IMG/VR virus record: IMGVR_UViG_3300038393_001290
Span: 1-55,802 of that record
DNA length: 55,802 bases
From: a virus
Reading direction: 5' to 3' (one strand)
The first letter of the stretch is position 1; each line of letters opens with the position of its first letter. Below the pieces are notes generated by a model, which saw only the letters and a list, made by a program, of their open reading frames with translations, ran no database searches and was not told the origin of the DNA. Both the position numbers and the translations under genes were made by a program. Positions 1 through 8,762 of this stretch are shown here, piece by piece.

Positions 1-127
1 GCCACATACGCCACAGACCTAGCCCGCAAGATGGGGCGCAAGGTGCGCTCGATTGTCCGTCAGCCCATCTATCGCGAGGTGTTCGGCACTGGGCTTGCGG
101 CAGATCAGGCCGCAGCGAACGAATGGG
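1..127. repeat. Terminal direct repeat identical to 55676-55802 (circular contig overlap)
   Basis: First 127 nt recur exactly as the last 127 nt; the terminase ORF reads through the junction. Confidence 0.95.
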
Positions 128-1299
128 CGCTCGAGAACGGCAACGAGTTCATGGGCGCCGGCATCCTGGCGGGGTGGACCGGCAACCGCCTCGATGGGCT
201 GCTCGTGGACGATCCGGTCAAGAACCGCGAGGAAGCCAGCAGTCCCGTTGTTCAGCAGAAGGTTCGCGCTGAATACGACGACAGCCTGAAAAGCCGCCTC
301 AAGCCGAATGGCTGGGTCGTGATGATCATGACCCGCTGGGACGAGAACGATCTTGCTGGCGGCCTGCTGCCGGAGGACTGGGACGGCGAGAGCGGCGCGA
401 TCCTCTGCCGCGACGGGCTCGTGTGGGAAGTCATCTGCATCCCGGCCGAGGCCGAGGAAAACGACGTCCTGGGCCGGAAGCCCGGCGAGATGCTGTGGAA
501 GGAGTGGTTCGGAAAAGATCCTGACTTCTGGACCGCGGCGCGGCGCAATCAGCGAACGTGGTCCGCCCTCTATCAGCAGAGGCCCTCACCTGCGGATGGC
601 ACGTTCTTCCGCAAGGATTGGTTCAAGCGCTACCGCATGGGCGACGAACCGAAGCACCTCCGCAAGTACCTCACCAGCGACCACGCGCCGACCGATGGGG
701 AGGATTCCGACCCGTCAGGCTGCCGGGTGTGGGGCGTCGCGGCGAATAGCGACCTCTACCTGCTCGATGGCTTCCTACACCGCGCCACCATGGACGTGAC
801 CGCGGATAGGGTCGTGGGCAACTTGAAGACTGGCCCTTCTCGCGATCCGCAGCCGCCCCCCATGGCTGGCCTCATCCGCAAGCACCAGCCGTTTGCCTGG
901 TTCCCCGAGGATGACAACAACTGGAAGTCAGCCGCTCCGTTCATCATCCGACAGATGAAGGCCGAGGGCGTGCGAACCATCATCGAGCCGCTTAGCCCGC
1001 ACGGCCACGACAAGGCGGTCAAGGCGCAGGCGTTCCAGGGCCTTGCCGCCATGGGACAGGTCTACATTCCCGAGGGACCGGAGGGAGACGCCATCATTGA
1101 GCAGTTCGTAAAATTCCCCGCCGGCAAGCACGACGAAGAGGTCGATATGGCCGCGCTGATCGGCCGAGCCATAGCCATGGCCCACCCCGCCATCGTTCCG
1201 CCGGAAGACAAGCCGCCAGCCGAGATGAGGGGCGTGAATGAGATCACGTTCAACGAGGCGGTGGAAAAGTACCTGCAGCCGAGGGCGGAGAGGATTTAG
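1..1299 (+). CDS. terL: Terminase large subunit, C-terminal part (continues from 55268-55802 across the circular junction; 1-127 duplicated)
   Basis: Same frame as the open ORF at the window end that carries Walker A MIFMPPGSAKST. Here DDPVKNREEA, MTRWDENDL and the nuclease-domain tail KHDEEVDMAALIG are present. Confidence 0.9.
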   Translation, partial: ATYATDLARKMGRKVRSIVRQPIYREVFGTGLAADQAAANEWALENGNEFMGAGILAGWTGNRLDGLLVDDPVKNREEASSPVVQQKVRAEYDDSLKSRLKPNGWVVMIMTRWDENDLAGGLLPEDWDGESGAILCRDGLVWEVICIPAEAEENDVLGRKPGEMLWKEWFGKDPDFWTAARRNQRTWSALYQQRPSPADGTFFRKDWFKRYRMGDEPKHLRKYLTSDHAPTDGEDSDPSGCRVWGVAANSDLYLLDGFLHRATMDVTADRVVGNLKTGPSRDPQPPPMAGLIRKHQPFAWFPEDDNNWKSAAPFIIRQMKAEGVRTIIEPLSPHGHDKAVKAQAFQGLAAMGQVYIPEGPEGDAIIEQFVKFPAGKHDEEVDMAALIGRAIAMAHPAIVPPEDKPPAEMRGVNEITFNEAVEKYLQPRAERI

Positions 1300-1371
1300 A
1301 GCCGCCGAGCAAATGTGCGTCTGGACGCCATTTTGCTGGACTTTGGCGCAGTCTGACGCCAGTATCTGAGC

Positions 1372-1554
1372 GTGAAACCTGCTTCGTTGATCGCTCTTCG
1401 CAAAAGGCTCGGCCTTTCCCAGCGCGGCTTGGCCGATGCGCTGAAGGTCGGTCGCCGCTCTCTGAGCGATTACGAGAGCGGGAAGACCCAAATCCCGCGG
1501 GTCGTGGCGCTGGCTTGTGCTGCGCTCGCCTACGGCCTGCCCCCGATGGAGTAG
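1372..1554 (+). CDS. XRE-family helix-turn-helix protein (60 aa, GTG start)
   Basis: LRKRLGLSQRGLADALKVGRRSLSDYESG is a classic HTH_XRE pattern; stop lies 2 nt before the next start. Confidence 0.7.
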   Translation: MKPASLIALRKRLGLSQRGLADALKVGRRSLSDYESGKTQIPRVVALACAALAYGLPPME

Positions 1555-1556
1555 CG

Positions 1557-2084
1557 ATGTACGCCTATGTGATCAGCGCCGGTGAGTTGCATCAGAAAAT
1601 CGGCATTACGCAGAACCTAACGTCGCGCCTGCAGGCATTGCAGACGGCGCATTACCACGACCTAATGCTCGTTTTCTCGGTAGAGGACGACGAGGCCGAG
1701 GTGATTGAACGCTGGGCCCATGAATCCCTGAAGGAGCGCCGCCTTCGAGGCGAATGGTTTCTGTGCTCACGCGAGGACGCGGTCAACGCCGTTCGGAAGG
1801 CGTCGGCTCGCGTGGCTGACCGGCGCGCGGCAACCTTCGAGGCTGGGGACGTTGTGGTTTGCGTTAGCGAGGAAAACGACGAGCAATACCTCCAAGTGGA
1901 GCAGCCAAAGGTGGGTCGCACGTACACCGTCTCTGGCATAAGTCCGGACGACAACGATCATATCGAATTGGCCGAACTGCCGAACGATTACTGCTACTTT
2001 TGGCGATATCACTTCAGGAAGGTGGCAAGCCATACGCCTGAGGGCGTGGTCACGCTCATCAAACGGCAGGCAATGCGAGCATGA
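1557..2084 (+). CDS. T5orf172 / GIY-YIG-superfamily-like domain protein
   Basis: YAYVISAGELHQKIGITQNLTSRLQALQTAHYHDL...RLRGEWF fits the T5orf172 pattern; ATG 1557 preferred over in-frame ATG 1515. Confidence 0.7.
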   Translation: MYAYVISAGELHQKIGITQNLTSRLQALQTAHYHDLMLVFSVEDDEAEVIERWAHESLKERRLRGEWFLCSREDAVNAVRKASARVADRRAATFEAGDVVVCVSEENDEQYLQVEQPKVGRTYTVSGISPDDNDHIELAELPNDYCYFWRYHFRKVASHTPEGVVTLIKRQAMRA

Positions 2085-2096
2085 GCCGCCAGTCTA

Positions 2097-2132
2097 GCGC
2101 CCCGCTGAGCAACCCTCTCACGCCCCTACACT
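2097..2132 (+). promoter_or_regulatory. Late promoter-like element, copy 1 (portal)
   Basis: GCGCCCCG-CTGAGC-16 nt-TACACT; ATG 2139 lies 6 nt after the -10 and has no SD (leaderless predicted). Confidence 0.6.
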
Positions 2133-2138
2133 CACGGC

Positions 2139-4352
2139 ATGGCCCAAGCCACGCCGACCGCCCCCGATCCCGAACAAGCCGCCCGTGACGCGCTGAAGAA
2201 GGCGCAATGCGCCCGCCGCTGGATCGCCGAACTGAATCAGTCGGAGAAAGCGCAGGCCAAGTGGCTCACCCGCTCCCGCAAGATCGTCCGCCGCTACAAG
2301 GAAGAGCACCGCTCGGACGGCGATCAGCGGCGTTTCGCCATGCTGTGGTCGAACACGCAAACGCTGCAGCCAGCGATCTACTCCCGACCGCCGCAGCCTG
2401 TGGTGTCCCGCCGCTTCGCTGACTCCGACCCCATCGCTCGCGTCGCCTCCGAGGTGCTGGAACGGGCCCTGGCCTATTCCATCGACTGCCAAGGCTTCGA
2501 CGGCGTGATGCGTCAGTCGAGCTTCGATTACGTGCTGTTGGCCAGAGGCCAGACCTGGGAGCGCTACGTTCCCACCAAAGGCCCGATGGTCACTCCGGAG
2601 ATCGAGCTTCAGGTGAAGACCGAAGGCGACGGCTATCTGGACCCGGACGGCAACGACTACGAGGGCGAGACCGAGACCCGCGAGGACGGCTCAGTGGTCG
2701 GCTTCGGCGAGCCCTATGCCCCGATCACCTACGAGGAAAGCGTCACCGACTACGTCAACTGGGAGGACTTCGGCCACTCGGTTGCCAGAACCTGGGATGA
2801 GGTCGATTACGTCTGGCGCCGGGTCTACCTGAACAGGGCCCAGCTCAAGGAGCGGTTCGGCGACGAGCTCGGCGAGCGCATCCCGCTCGACTTCTCTCCG
2901 AAGGCCCAGCAGAAGCAGGGCGACACCTCCGACTTGACCAACAAGGCCGCTATCTACGAAATCTGGTGCAAGTCGGAGAAGAAGGTCTACTGGATCTCAA
3001 AGTCCTTCAACGAAGCGCCGCTCGATGAGCGCGACGACCCGCTTCAACTGGAAGGCTTCTTCCCCTGTCCCCGCCCGCTCCTGGGAACCACGGCGAACGA
3101 CAGCGTAATTCCTCTCCCCGATTTCGTGTTCTACCAGGACCAGGCCGAGGAGATCGACAAGCTCACGGCCCGCATCGCCCATCTGCAGGACGCGCTGAAG
3201 GTCCGCGGCTTCTACGCGGCCGACCAGAAGTCAAACCTCAACAACCTCCTGAATTCCGACAATAACATCCTCATTCCGGTCACGGACTGGCAGAGCTTGA
3301 AGGAGGACGGCGGAGTCCGGAACAAGATCGAGTGGTGGCCGATCGATCTGGTGGTGAACGCCCTCAACGCGCTCATCACCCAGCGCACGCAGCTCATCAA
3401 CGACGTCTATCAGATCACCGGCATTGCCGACATTCTGCGCGGTATGAACGACCCCCGCGCCACGGCGGCGGCGGAGCAGATCAAGACCGCCTGGGGCACG
3501 CTCCGCATCCGTGACCGCCAGGTGGAGGTGATGCGGTTTGCCCGGGATGTGATCCGCATCAAGGGCCAGGTGATCGCCAAGGAGTTCAACCCCGACACGC
3601 TGAAGGCGATGACGGGCGTTCAGCTTCCGACCAACTCCGACAAGGCGCAGGTCCAGGCTCAAATCCAGCAGCTTCAGCAGCAGGCCCAACTGGCTGGCCA
3701 ACAGGCGCAGCTAGCGTGGCAGGCTCAGGCCCAAGCCTCGCAGCAACAGGGCCAACCCCCGCCGCCCAAGCCGGCCCCGCCCGCACCGCCGCAAATCCCC
3801 GACGAGCTGCAAGCCGTTCTGCGTTCGCCATCCTGGGAAGACGTGACCGCCCTCCTGCGCAACAAGGTCGCCCGCCAGTTCCGCATCGACATCGAGACGG
3901 ACTCCACTATCGAGCCGAACCAGACGGAGGAGAAGCAGCAGGCCGTCGAGCTGATCGGCGCTGTGGGCCAGATGGTCATGCAGTGGGGCCCGGCGATCCA
4001 GGCTCAACCGGCTCTGGCCCCCATGGTCGGCGAGTTCATCAAGTGGGGCGTCAGACGGTTCCGAGCCGGGCGTCAGCTCGAGGACGTGATCGACAACACG
4101 GTGGACAAGATGACCGCGGCAGCGAGCCAGCCTCAAGCGCCGCAGGGACCGCAACAGCCGCCGGTGGATCAGACCAAGTTGGCGGTCGCCTCCATCGAGC
4201 AGCAGACCGAGCAGATGGCGCAACAGGCCGAAACCCAGCGCGTTCAGATGCAGCTCGGCGTCAAGCAGCAGGAGATCGCCCAGCGGGCCGAGGAGACCCA
4301 GGCCAAGATCTACGCGTTGCCGCGTGATCCGACGCCTCAGGTGGCGGTGTAG
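2139..4352 (+). CDS. Portal (head-to-tail connector) protein
   Basis: 737 aa following the terminase region. N-terminal KIVRRYKEE...FAMLWSNTQTLQPAIYSRPPQPVVSRRF is typical of podovirus connector proteins; C-terminus is Q/A/P-rich. Confidence 0.85.
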   Translation: MAQATPTAPDPEQAARDALKKAQCARRWIAELNQSEKAQAKWLTRSRKIVRRYKEEHRSDGDQRRFAMLWSNTQTLQPAIYSRPPQPVVSRRFADSDPIARVASEVLERALAYSIDCQGFDGVMRQSSFDYVLLARGQTWERYVPTKGPMVTPEIELQVKTEGDGYLDPDGNDYEGETETREDGSVVGFGEPYAPITYEESVTDYVNWEDFGHSVARTWDEVDYVWRRVYLNRAQLKERFGDELGERIPLDFSPKAQQKQGDTSDLTNKAAIYEIWCKSEKKVYWISKSFNEAPLDERDDPLQLEGFFPCPRPLLGTTANDSVIPLPDFVFYQDQAEEIDKLTARIAHLQDALKVRGFYAADQKSNLNNLLNSDNNILIPVTDWQSLKEDGGVRNKIEWWPIDLVVNALNALITQRTQLINDVYQITGIADILRGMNDPRATAAAEQIKTAWGTLRIRDRQVEVMRFARDVIRIKGQVIAKEFNPDTLKAMTGVQLPTNSDKAQVQAQIQQLQQQAQLAGQQAQLAWQAQAQASQQQGQPPPPKPAPPAPPQIPDELQAVLRSPSWEDVTALLRNKVARQFRIDIETDSTIEPNQTEEKQQAVELIGAVGQMVMQWGPAIQAQPALAPMVGEFIKWGVRRFRAGRQLEDVIDNTVDKMTAAASQPQAPQGPQQPPVDQTKLAVASIEQQTEQMAQQAETQRVQMQLGVKQQEIAQRAEETQAKIYALPRDPTPQVAV

Positions 4353-4387
4353 CGCCCGGCTGAGAACGGTCTAGCCGACCGCAAAAT
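4352..4387 (+). promoter_or_regulatory. Late promoter-like element, copy 2
   Basis: GCGCCCGG-CTGAGA-16 nt-CAAAAT, starting at the G of the portal TAG stop; leader with AAGGGA SD before GTG 4415. Confidence 0.6.
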
Positions 4388-4414
4388 GTCCCTCACGCAA
4401 CCAAGGGACACCCA

Positions 4415-4696
4415 GTGGCGAACATCACCGTTTTTGAATTCTTCGCGGCCCCGAATGCTATCGGCGACGTCATCTGGCCGGCGGACGTTGTGACTACGAC
4501 CACGACCGCATCCACCATCAACCTGAGCGCCAACACTCGAGCGTTCATCGTCACGGCGGACGCCGATTGTCGCGCCATCGTGAACGCAAGCGGGGTTAGC
4601 ACGGCGGCGGGCGTTTCGACCTTGCCCGTCCTCTCGGCGGCGCCCAACCAATTCACCATCGCCCCGGCGAGCGGCCAATCCCTCAAGTTCGCTTAA
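4415..4696 (+). CDS. Hypothetical S/T/A-rich 93-aa protein
   Basis: GTG start 6 nt after AAGGGA; VVTTTTTASTINLSANT and GVSTAAGVSTLPVLS tracts; no recognised domain. Confidence 0.55.
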   Translation: MANITVFEFFAAPNAIGDVIWPADVVTTTTTASTINLSANTRAFIVTADADCRAIVNASGVSTAAGVSTLPVLSAAPNQFTIAPASGQSLKFA

Positions 4697-4708
4697 GGGC
4701 GGTCGCAC

Positions 4709-6304
4709 ATGAGCAGATCCACAGACCGACGCCGGGCCGCGGCGGCCCTGGCGACTGGAAGCGCCGTGGCCGCTGCTGGCGTCATTCGCTCGCGGGACCG
4801 CCGCGCGCGGATGATAGCGGCGGCGGTGATGCCGATGTTTCCGCGCAGCGTCGTCTTCATGGGCGACAGCCGGATTCAAGACGGCACGCGCTACTGGAAG
4901 AATGCCTTGTCTTCCGACTGGAAGGGGCTTCCCATCGGCTCGGGGTTCTGCGGGCCTGCCATTACGGCCGACTTCACTGATGGGCTACTGGAATTCCGCG
5001 CCTCCGACAGGTCGCTACGTTGGACCGCGTCGGGCGACACGGCCGGGGGCTGGGCGCAGATCACCCAAGCTGGGTGGGCGCAGCTTGAAAGCGCCACCGC
5101 CAACAAGCACCTGCGCGTCGGCGTGAAGAACCTGACGGGCTTTCCGGTGTCGGACCAGAGCGTGACTGTGTCGGGCTCCAGCTCGATGAACTTCGGCTGG
5201 AACGCGGTTGGCATTTGCAATCGGGCCATGAACCTCTTGCGCTGGCTTTGCCCCAGCCCGGTGTCGCTCGGCATCGGTGGCAGCACGACAGCCGACGTTA
5301 TTGAGCAACTCGCCTACTGTCAGGCCCAGGCCTCCGGCCTTGGCTGGGACATCGTCATGGTGTCCACGAACGACGTGACCGCGAGCGTGGCCGCGGCAAC
5401 CGTCACGGCCAACCTGCAAGCGATCTACGACGCGCGCCGGGCGCTGGGGCGCAAGCTGGTCATTGTCGAGAACACCGCCCGTTGGGGGGTGAATACCTCC
5501 ACCCCGCTCACCGCCGGGCAGATCGCCATCTTCGACGCCGTGCGGGCCTTCAACCAGACCTACGCCGCCCAGCACGATTGCGTCTATGTGGACAGCTATC
5601 TGCTGACCTACGACAGCGGCTTTTCGGATCGGCGGCCAGCCGCGGGGATGCTCCGCGACACGGTTCATCCGACCGACAACGGCTGCCAGATCATCGCCGC
5701 AGAACTCGTCCGGCTGCTCAAGCGGCGCACAGGGCCGGGACGTTTCCGAACGAGCGCCGATAGCAACACCTTCGCCAACGGCCTCCTGAATGGGACCGGC
5801 GGTACGCTGGGAACGGGCGCCAGCGGTCAGGTCGCGACGGGGTGGACCGTGGGTCGAGCGACTGGCACGGATGGAACCGCGACGTGCTCGGTGATCGATC
5901 GAACGGACGGCGGCGCGGGCAAGATGCAGCGTATCCAGTGCGCCAACACGACCGCCGGCTGGATGGAATTCACCGCCACGGCTTCGGGTGTCACGTTGGC
6001 GGCGCTCGGCCTGGCGGTGGGCGATACGGTCTATTACGAGATCGAGTACGAGGTGACGAGCCCGGTCGCCTTGCAGAACATCGCCGCGCAGGCATTCTTC
6101 ACCGGCGCGAGCCCGACCACGGCGCTGACCTGCAACGTCGAGACCTCCAACGTCTTCCTGGCGGAGGCGGGGACGATGCGAACCCCGCCGGCCAAGATAC
6201 CGGCGGGGACCACAAACGTGCGGCCGACCAACTACCTGAAGTTCGGCGCCAACGGCTCGGCTGACGTGAAGTTCGGCGTTTGCCGCATCGTCAAGGCCGC
6301 TTAA
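4709..6304 (+). CDS. SGNH/GDSL hydrolase-fold protein with Tat-like signal and C-terminal beta-rich (CBM-like) domain
   Basis: Blocks VVFMGDSR (I), IGGSTTAD (II), VSTNDV (III), DTVHPTD (V); N-terminal DRRRAAAALATGSAVAAAG resembles a twin-arginine signal. Confidence 0.75.
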   Translation: MSRSTDRRRAAAALATGSAVAAAGVIRSRDRRARMIAAAVMPMFPRSVVFMGDSRIQDGTRYWKNALSSDWKGLPIGSGFCGPAITADFTDGLLEFRASDRSLRWTASGDTAGGWAQITQAGWAQLESATANKHLRVGVKNLTGFPVSDQSVTVSGSSSMNFGWNAVGICNRAMNLLRWLCPSPVSLGIGGSTTADVIEQLAYCQAQASGLGWDIVMVSTNDVTASVAAATVTANLQAIYDARRALGRKLVIVENTARWGVNTSTPLTAGQIAIFDAVRAFNQTYAAQHDCVYVDSYLLTYDSGFSDRRPAAGMLRDTVHPTDNGCQIIAAELVRLLKRRTGPGRFRTSADSNTFANGLLNGTGGTLGTGASGQVATGWTVGRATGTDGTATCSVIDRTDGGAGKMQRIQCANTTAGWMEFTATASGVTLAALGLAVGDTVYYEIEYEVTSPVALQNIAAQAFFTGASPTTALTCNVETSNVFLAEAGTMRTPPAKIPAGTTNVRPTNYLKFGANGSADVKFGVCRIVKAA

Positions 6305-6366
6305 GCGCCGCAGTTCCGATCCGGGCGGGGGAATGATAGCGTCACGTCCTGGTGGGCGGGGGCGTG

Positions 6367-7317
6367 ATGGTTGAAGTGGGGATTGAGACCGCTCGTGAGA
6401 AGCTGAATTCGATCCAGCTTCTCCGGGCGCTGGCGGCTTTGGCAGTCGTGGCCGATCACACGCTTCTCGTCATCGACCGCTGGGCGGGCGCAGCCTGGAT
6501 GGCCCCTCTTGCCCGAGCCATGGGAGCTGGTGGCGTCTACCTGTTCTTCGTCATCTCCGGCTTGATAATGCTGCACACGTCGGGGCGGGAGTTCGGCCAG
6601 CCGGGCGGGTGGCGGCGATTTCTGACAAGGCGGCTGGAACGGATTGTGCCGCTCTACTGGCTCGTGACGGGAACGCGCGTGGCGGGGAGGGTGGTTCTTG
6701 GACGCCGCCTAGACTGGCCGCTGATCGCAAGCTCGCTCCTGTTCTTCCCCCACCTCAACGATGGGAAGATGCGCCCACTAATCGGCATGGGTTGGACCCT
6801 GAACTACGAGATGCTGTTCTATGTCTTGTTTGCGGTGGCCCTGTTGCTGCCGCGCCGGATCGGTTTGGCCGCGCTGTTCGGATCTTTCGGAGTCCTGGCC
6901 GTGGCTGGGCTGGCAATCAACCCAACCCTGGCCGCGGCGGTGACGCCGGTCCAGTTCTGGACGGCTCCAATCATCCTGCTGTTCGTGGCGGGCGTGGCGA
7001 TCGGGCTGATGCGGGAGCGGATCGCGCCGCTCCTGCGCTGGAACCCGGAGAACTGGGGGCTTCTCGGCCGGCTGGCGTTGCTGCTGGGGAACGCCTCTTA
7101 TAGCATCTACCTCTGGCAGGGGCTCGCCTCGGCGATTGTGACTAAGGCCTGGATGATGACCGTGGGGCCGCAGTTCGCACCCGTCTACTTCGTTGCCATG
7201 CTTGCGGGAGCTGCGGCGCTTGGCGTCGCGTCCTATTGGTTCTTTGAGCGTCCGGTGGCGGCGTTCTTCAGGTCGCGCCGCCGAATTGCCGCCAGCTCAG
7301 CGCTAGCGCCAGCCTGA
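6367..7317 (+). CDS. Acyltransferase-3 family integral membrane O-acyltransferase (OatA/OafA/Oac type)
   Basis: LNSIQLLRALAALAVVADH signature followed by roughly ten hydrophobic segments; GTG 6352 is an alternative start. Confidence 0.8.
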   Translation: MVEVGIETAREKLNSIQLLRALAALAVVADHTLLVIDRWAGAAWMAPLARAMGAGGVYLFFVISGLIMLHTSGREFGQPGGWRRFLTRRLERIVPLYWLVTGTRVAGRVVLGRRLDWPLIASSLLFFPHLNDGKMRPLIGMGWTLNYEMLFYVLFAVALLLPRRIGLAALFGSFGVLAVAGLAINPTLAAAVTPVQFWTAPIILLFVAGVAIGLMRERIAPLLRWNPENWGLLGRLALLLGNASYSIYLWQGLASAIVTKAWMMTVGPQFAPVYFVAMLAGAAALGVASYWFFERPVAAFFRSRRRIAASSALAPA

Positions 7318-7318
7318 A

Positions 7319-7444
7319 CTACCAGATCGCGGCGTCGTCGTCGGCCTCAGCGCGGGGGCCGAGAAGCGCACGGGCCGCGAGGCCTCCCAACACGACGAGA
7401 GCGAGAAGTGTCGCGAGCGAGAGTATGGCGTAGACGAGGGACAT
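7319..7444 (-). CDS. Small single-pass membrane protein (41 aa)
   Basis: MSLVYAILSLATLLALVVLGGLAARALL...; GC-rich third positions; convergent with the AT3 gene; weak SD. Confidence 0.4.
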   Translation of the reverse strand: MSLVYAILSLATLLALVVLGGLAARALLGPRAEADDDAAIW

Positions 7445-7493
7445 TGCGGGAGCATAGCAGGCCCCAAGCGCGGCCGATAGGGCGCGGCGCGAG

Positions 7494-7619
7494 CTACAGG
7501 CCGAAGCTGTTGAGTACAAGCAACGCCGCCACAGCGAGCGAGATCATGAGTGCAGCAATAACCACGGGCTGAACCACCTCGGGATTTCGCCGAGCCCATT
7601 GTGCGAAGCGCCTCATCAT
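7494..7619 (-). CDS. Small single-pass membrane protein (41 aa)
   Basis: MMRRFAQWARRNPEVVQPVVIAALMISLAVAALLVLNSFGL; no competing plus-strand ORF. Confidence 0.4.
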   Translation of the reverse strand: MMRRFAQWARRNPEVVQPVVIAALMISLAVAALLVLNSFGL

Positions 7620-7667
7620 AGAGAGACTACCTGCACCAGGGAGCCGCCATTGGCAATGACCGACGGC

Positions 7668-7703
7668 GCGCTCGCCTGAGAACACCGCCGTAAGGCCCAT
7701 TAT
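7668..7703 (+). promoter_or_regulatory. Late promoter-like element, copy 3
   Basis: GCGCTCGC-CTGAGA-16 nt-CATTAT; ATG 7710 lies 6 nt after the -10 (leaderless predicted). Confidence 0.6.
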
Positions 7704-7709
7704 CTCACC

Positions 7710-8054
7710 ATGACCACGCTTCTCCCGCCCGGAACCCTGCCAGAGACCACGCGACGGCTGCTGAACAGCATCCTAGCGACGTTCGGGGTGAATCTGCTGG
7801 ACGTAACGGCGACCTATGATCCGCCGAGCTTGGCGGCGGGAGCCGTGGCGACCATCCAGACGGTGACAGTGACGGGCGCTGTGTTGGGCGACTTCGCCAA
7901 GGCCTCGTTCAGCAACGACCTACAGGGCGTCCGGATCAACGCCTGGGTGAGTGGGGCGAACGCGGTGAAGTTCCAGCTCCAGAACGTCACAGGCGGAACT
8001 ATCGACCTGGCGTCTGGGACGGTGCGGGTGAGGGTGGAGCGGGCTTCTCCGTAG
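7710..8054 (+). CDS. Hypothetical beta-rich 114-aa protein (possible virion decoration)
   Basis: ATYDPPSLAAGAVATIQTVTVTGAVLGD...VKFQLQNVTGGTIDL; no recognised domain. Confidence 0.6.
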   Translation: MTTLLPPGTLPETTRRLLNSILATFGVNLLDVTATYDPPSLAAGAVATIQTVTVTGAVLGDFAKASFSNDLQGVRINAWVSGANAVKFQLQNVTGGTIDLASGTVRVRVERASP

Positions 8055-8060
8055 GCGTCC

Positions 8061-8096
8061 GCTCTCCGCTGAGAACGTGTTGGCCGGCCCTAGTCT
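8061..8096 (+). promoter_or_regulatory. Late promoter-like element, copy 4
   Basis: GCTCTCCG-CTGAGA-16 nt-TAGTCT; ATG 8103 lies 6 nt after the -10. Confidence 0.6.
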
Positions 8097-8102
8097 GCAG
8101 GC

Positions 8103-8762
8103 ATGGCGGACCGCGATTACTCCCAGTTGACCTCGGCCACGACGGCGAACGACAGCGACCTGCTGGCGATCTATCCGTCTGGCGGCCCGCTGAAGAAACT
8201 CACCTTCGGGACGTTCAAGAGCCTGACCATCACAGCGCTTGGCGGCTCGTACCTGACGGTCAGCAACAACCTGTCGGATGTGGCGTCAGCTTCCTCGGCT
8301 CGAGCGAACCTCGGCCTGGGCTCGGCCGCCACGCTGGCGTCGTCTGCGCTGTTCCAGGTCTCGAACAACCTCAGTGAGGTACCCAACGCTGCAACCGCGC
8401 GGACCAACCTCGGGGCGGCGGCTTCAGCCTCTCCCGTGATCACCGGGGGCATGACGTTCTCAGGCTGTGTGGCCGGCAACATTCAGGCGGTCGCGAGCAC
8501 GACGCTGGACGTGTCGATCTCAGAATTTCAGACCAAGACCATCAGCGCCAACACGACGTTTACGCTGTCGGGCGCCACGGCCGGCAAGTGGTCCGGCATG
8601 GTGCTTGAGCTGACGACTTCCTCTAGCGCCCAGCCGACGTTTACGGGCGCCCGGTGGAGCGGGGGGGTAGCGCCGACCTTCGCGAACGGCGTCCATCTGA
8701 TCGGGCTGCTTTACGACGGGTCCAACTGGAACGCGCTGCCGCTCGCCACGAGCCTCGCATGA
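8103..8762 (+). CDS. Fibre-like protein with phage tail-fibre N-terminal repeats
   Basis: SNNLSDVASASSARANLGLG and SNNLSEVPNAATARTNLG repeats are typical of phage fibre proteins. Confidence 0.65.
   Translation: MADRDYSQLTSATTANDSDLLAIYPSGGPLKKLTFGTFKSLTITALGGSYLTVSNNLSDVASASSARANLGLGSAATLASSALFQVSNNLSEVPNAATARTNLGAAASASPVITGGMTFSGCVAGNIQAVASTTLDVSISEFQTKTISANTTFTLSGATAGKWSGMVLELTTSSSAQPTFTGARWSGGVAPTFANGVHLIGLLYDGSNWNALPLATSLA

Noticed and set aside
1301-1334. Possible additional late-promoter copy (GCCGCCGAGCAA...CATTTT) after terL
   Set aside because: CCGAGC replaces CTGAGC, the upstream box matches poorly, and the -10-like hexamer is 2 nt out of register with all the other copies.
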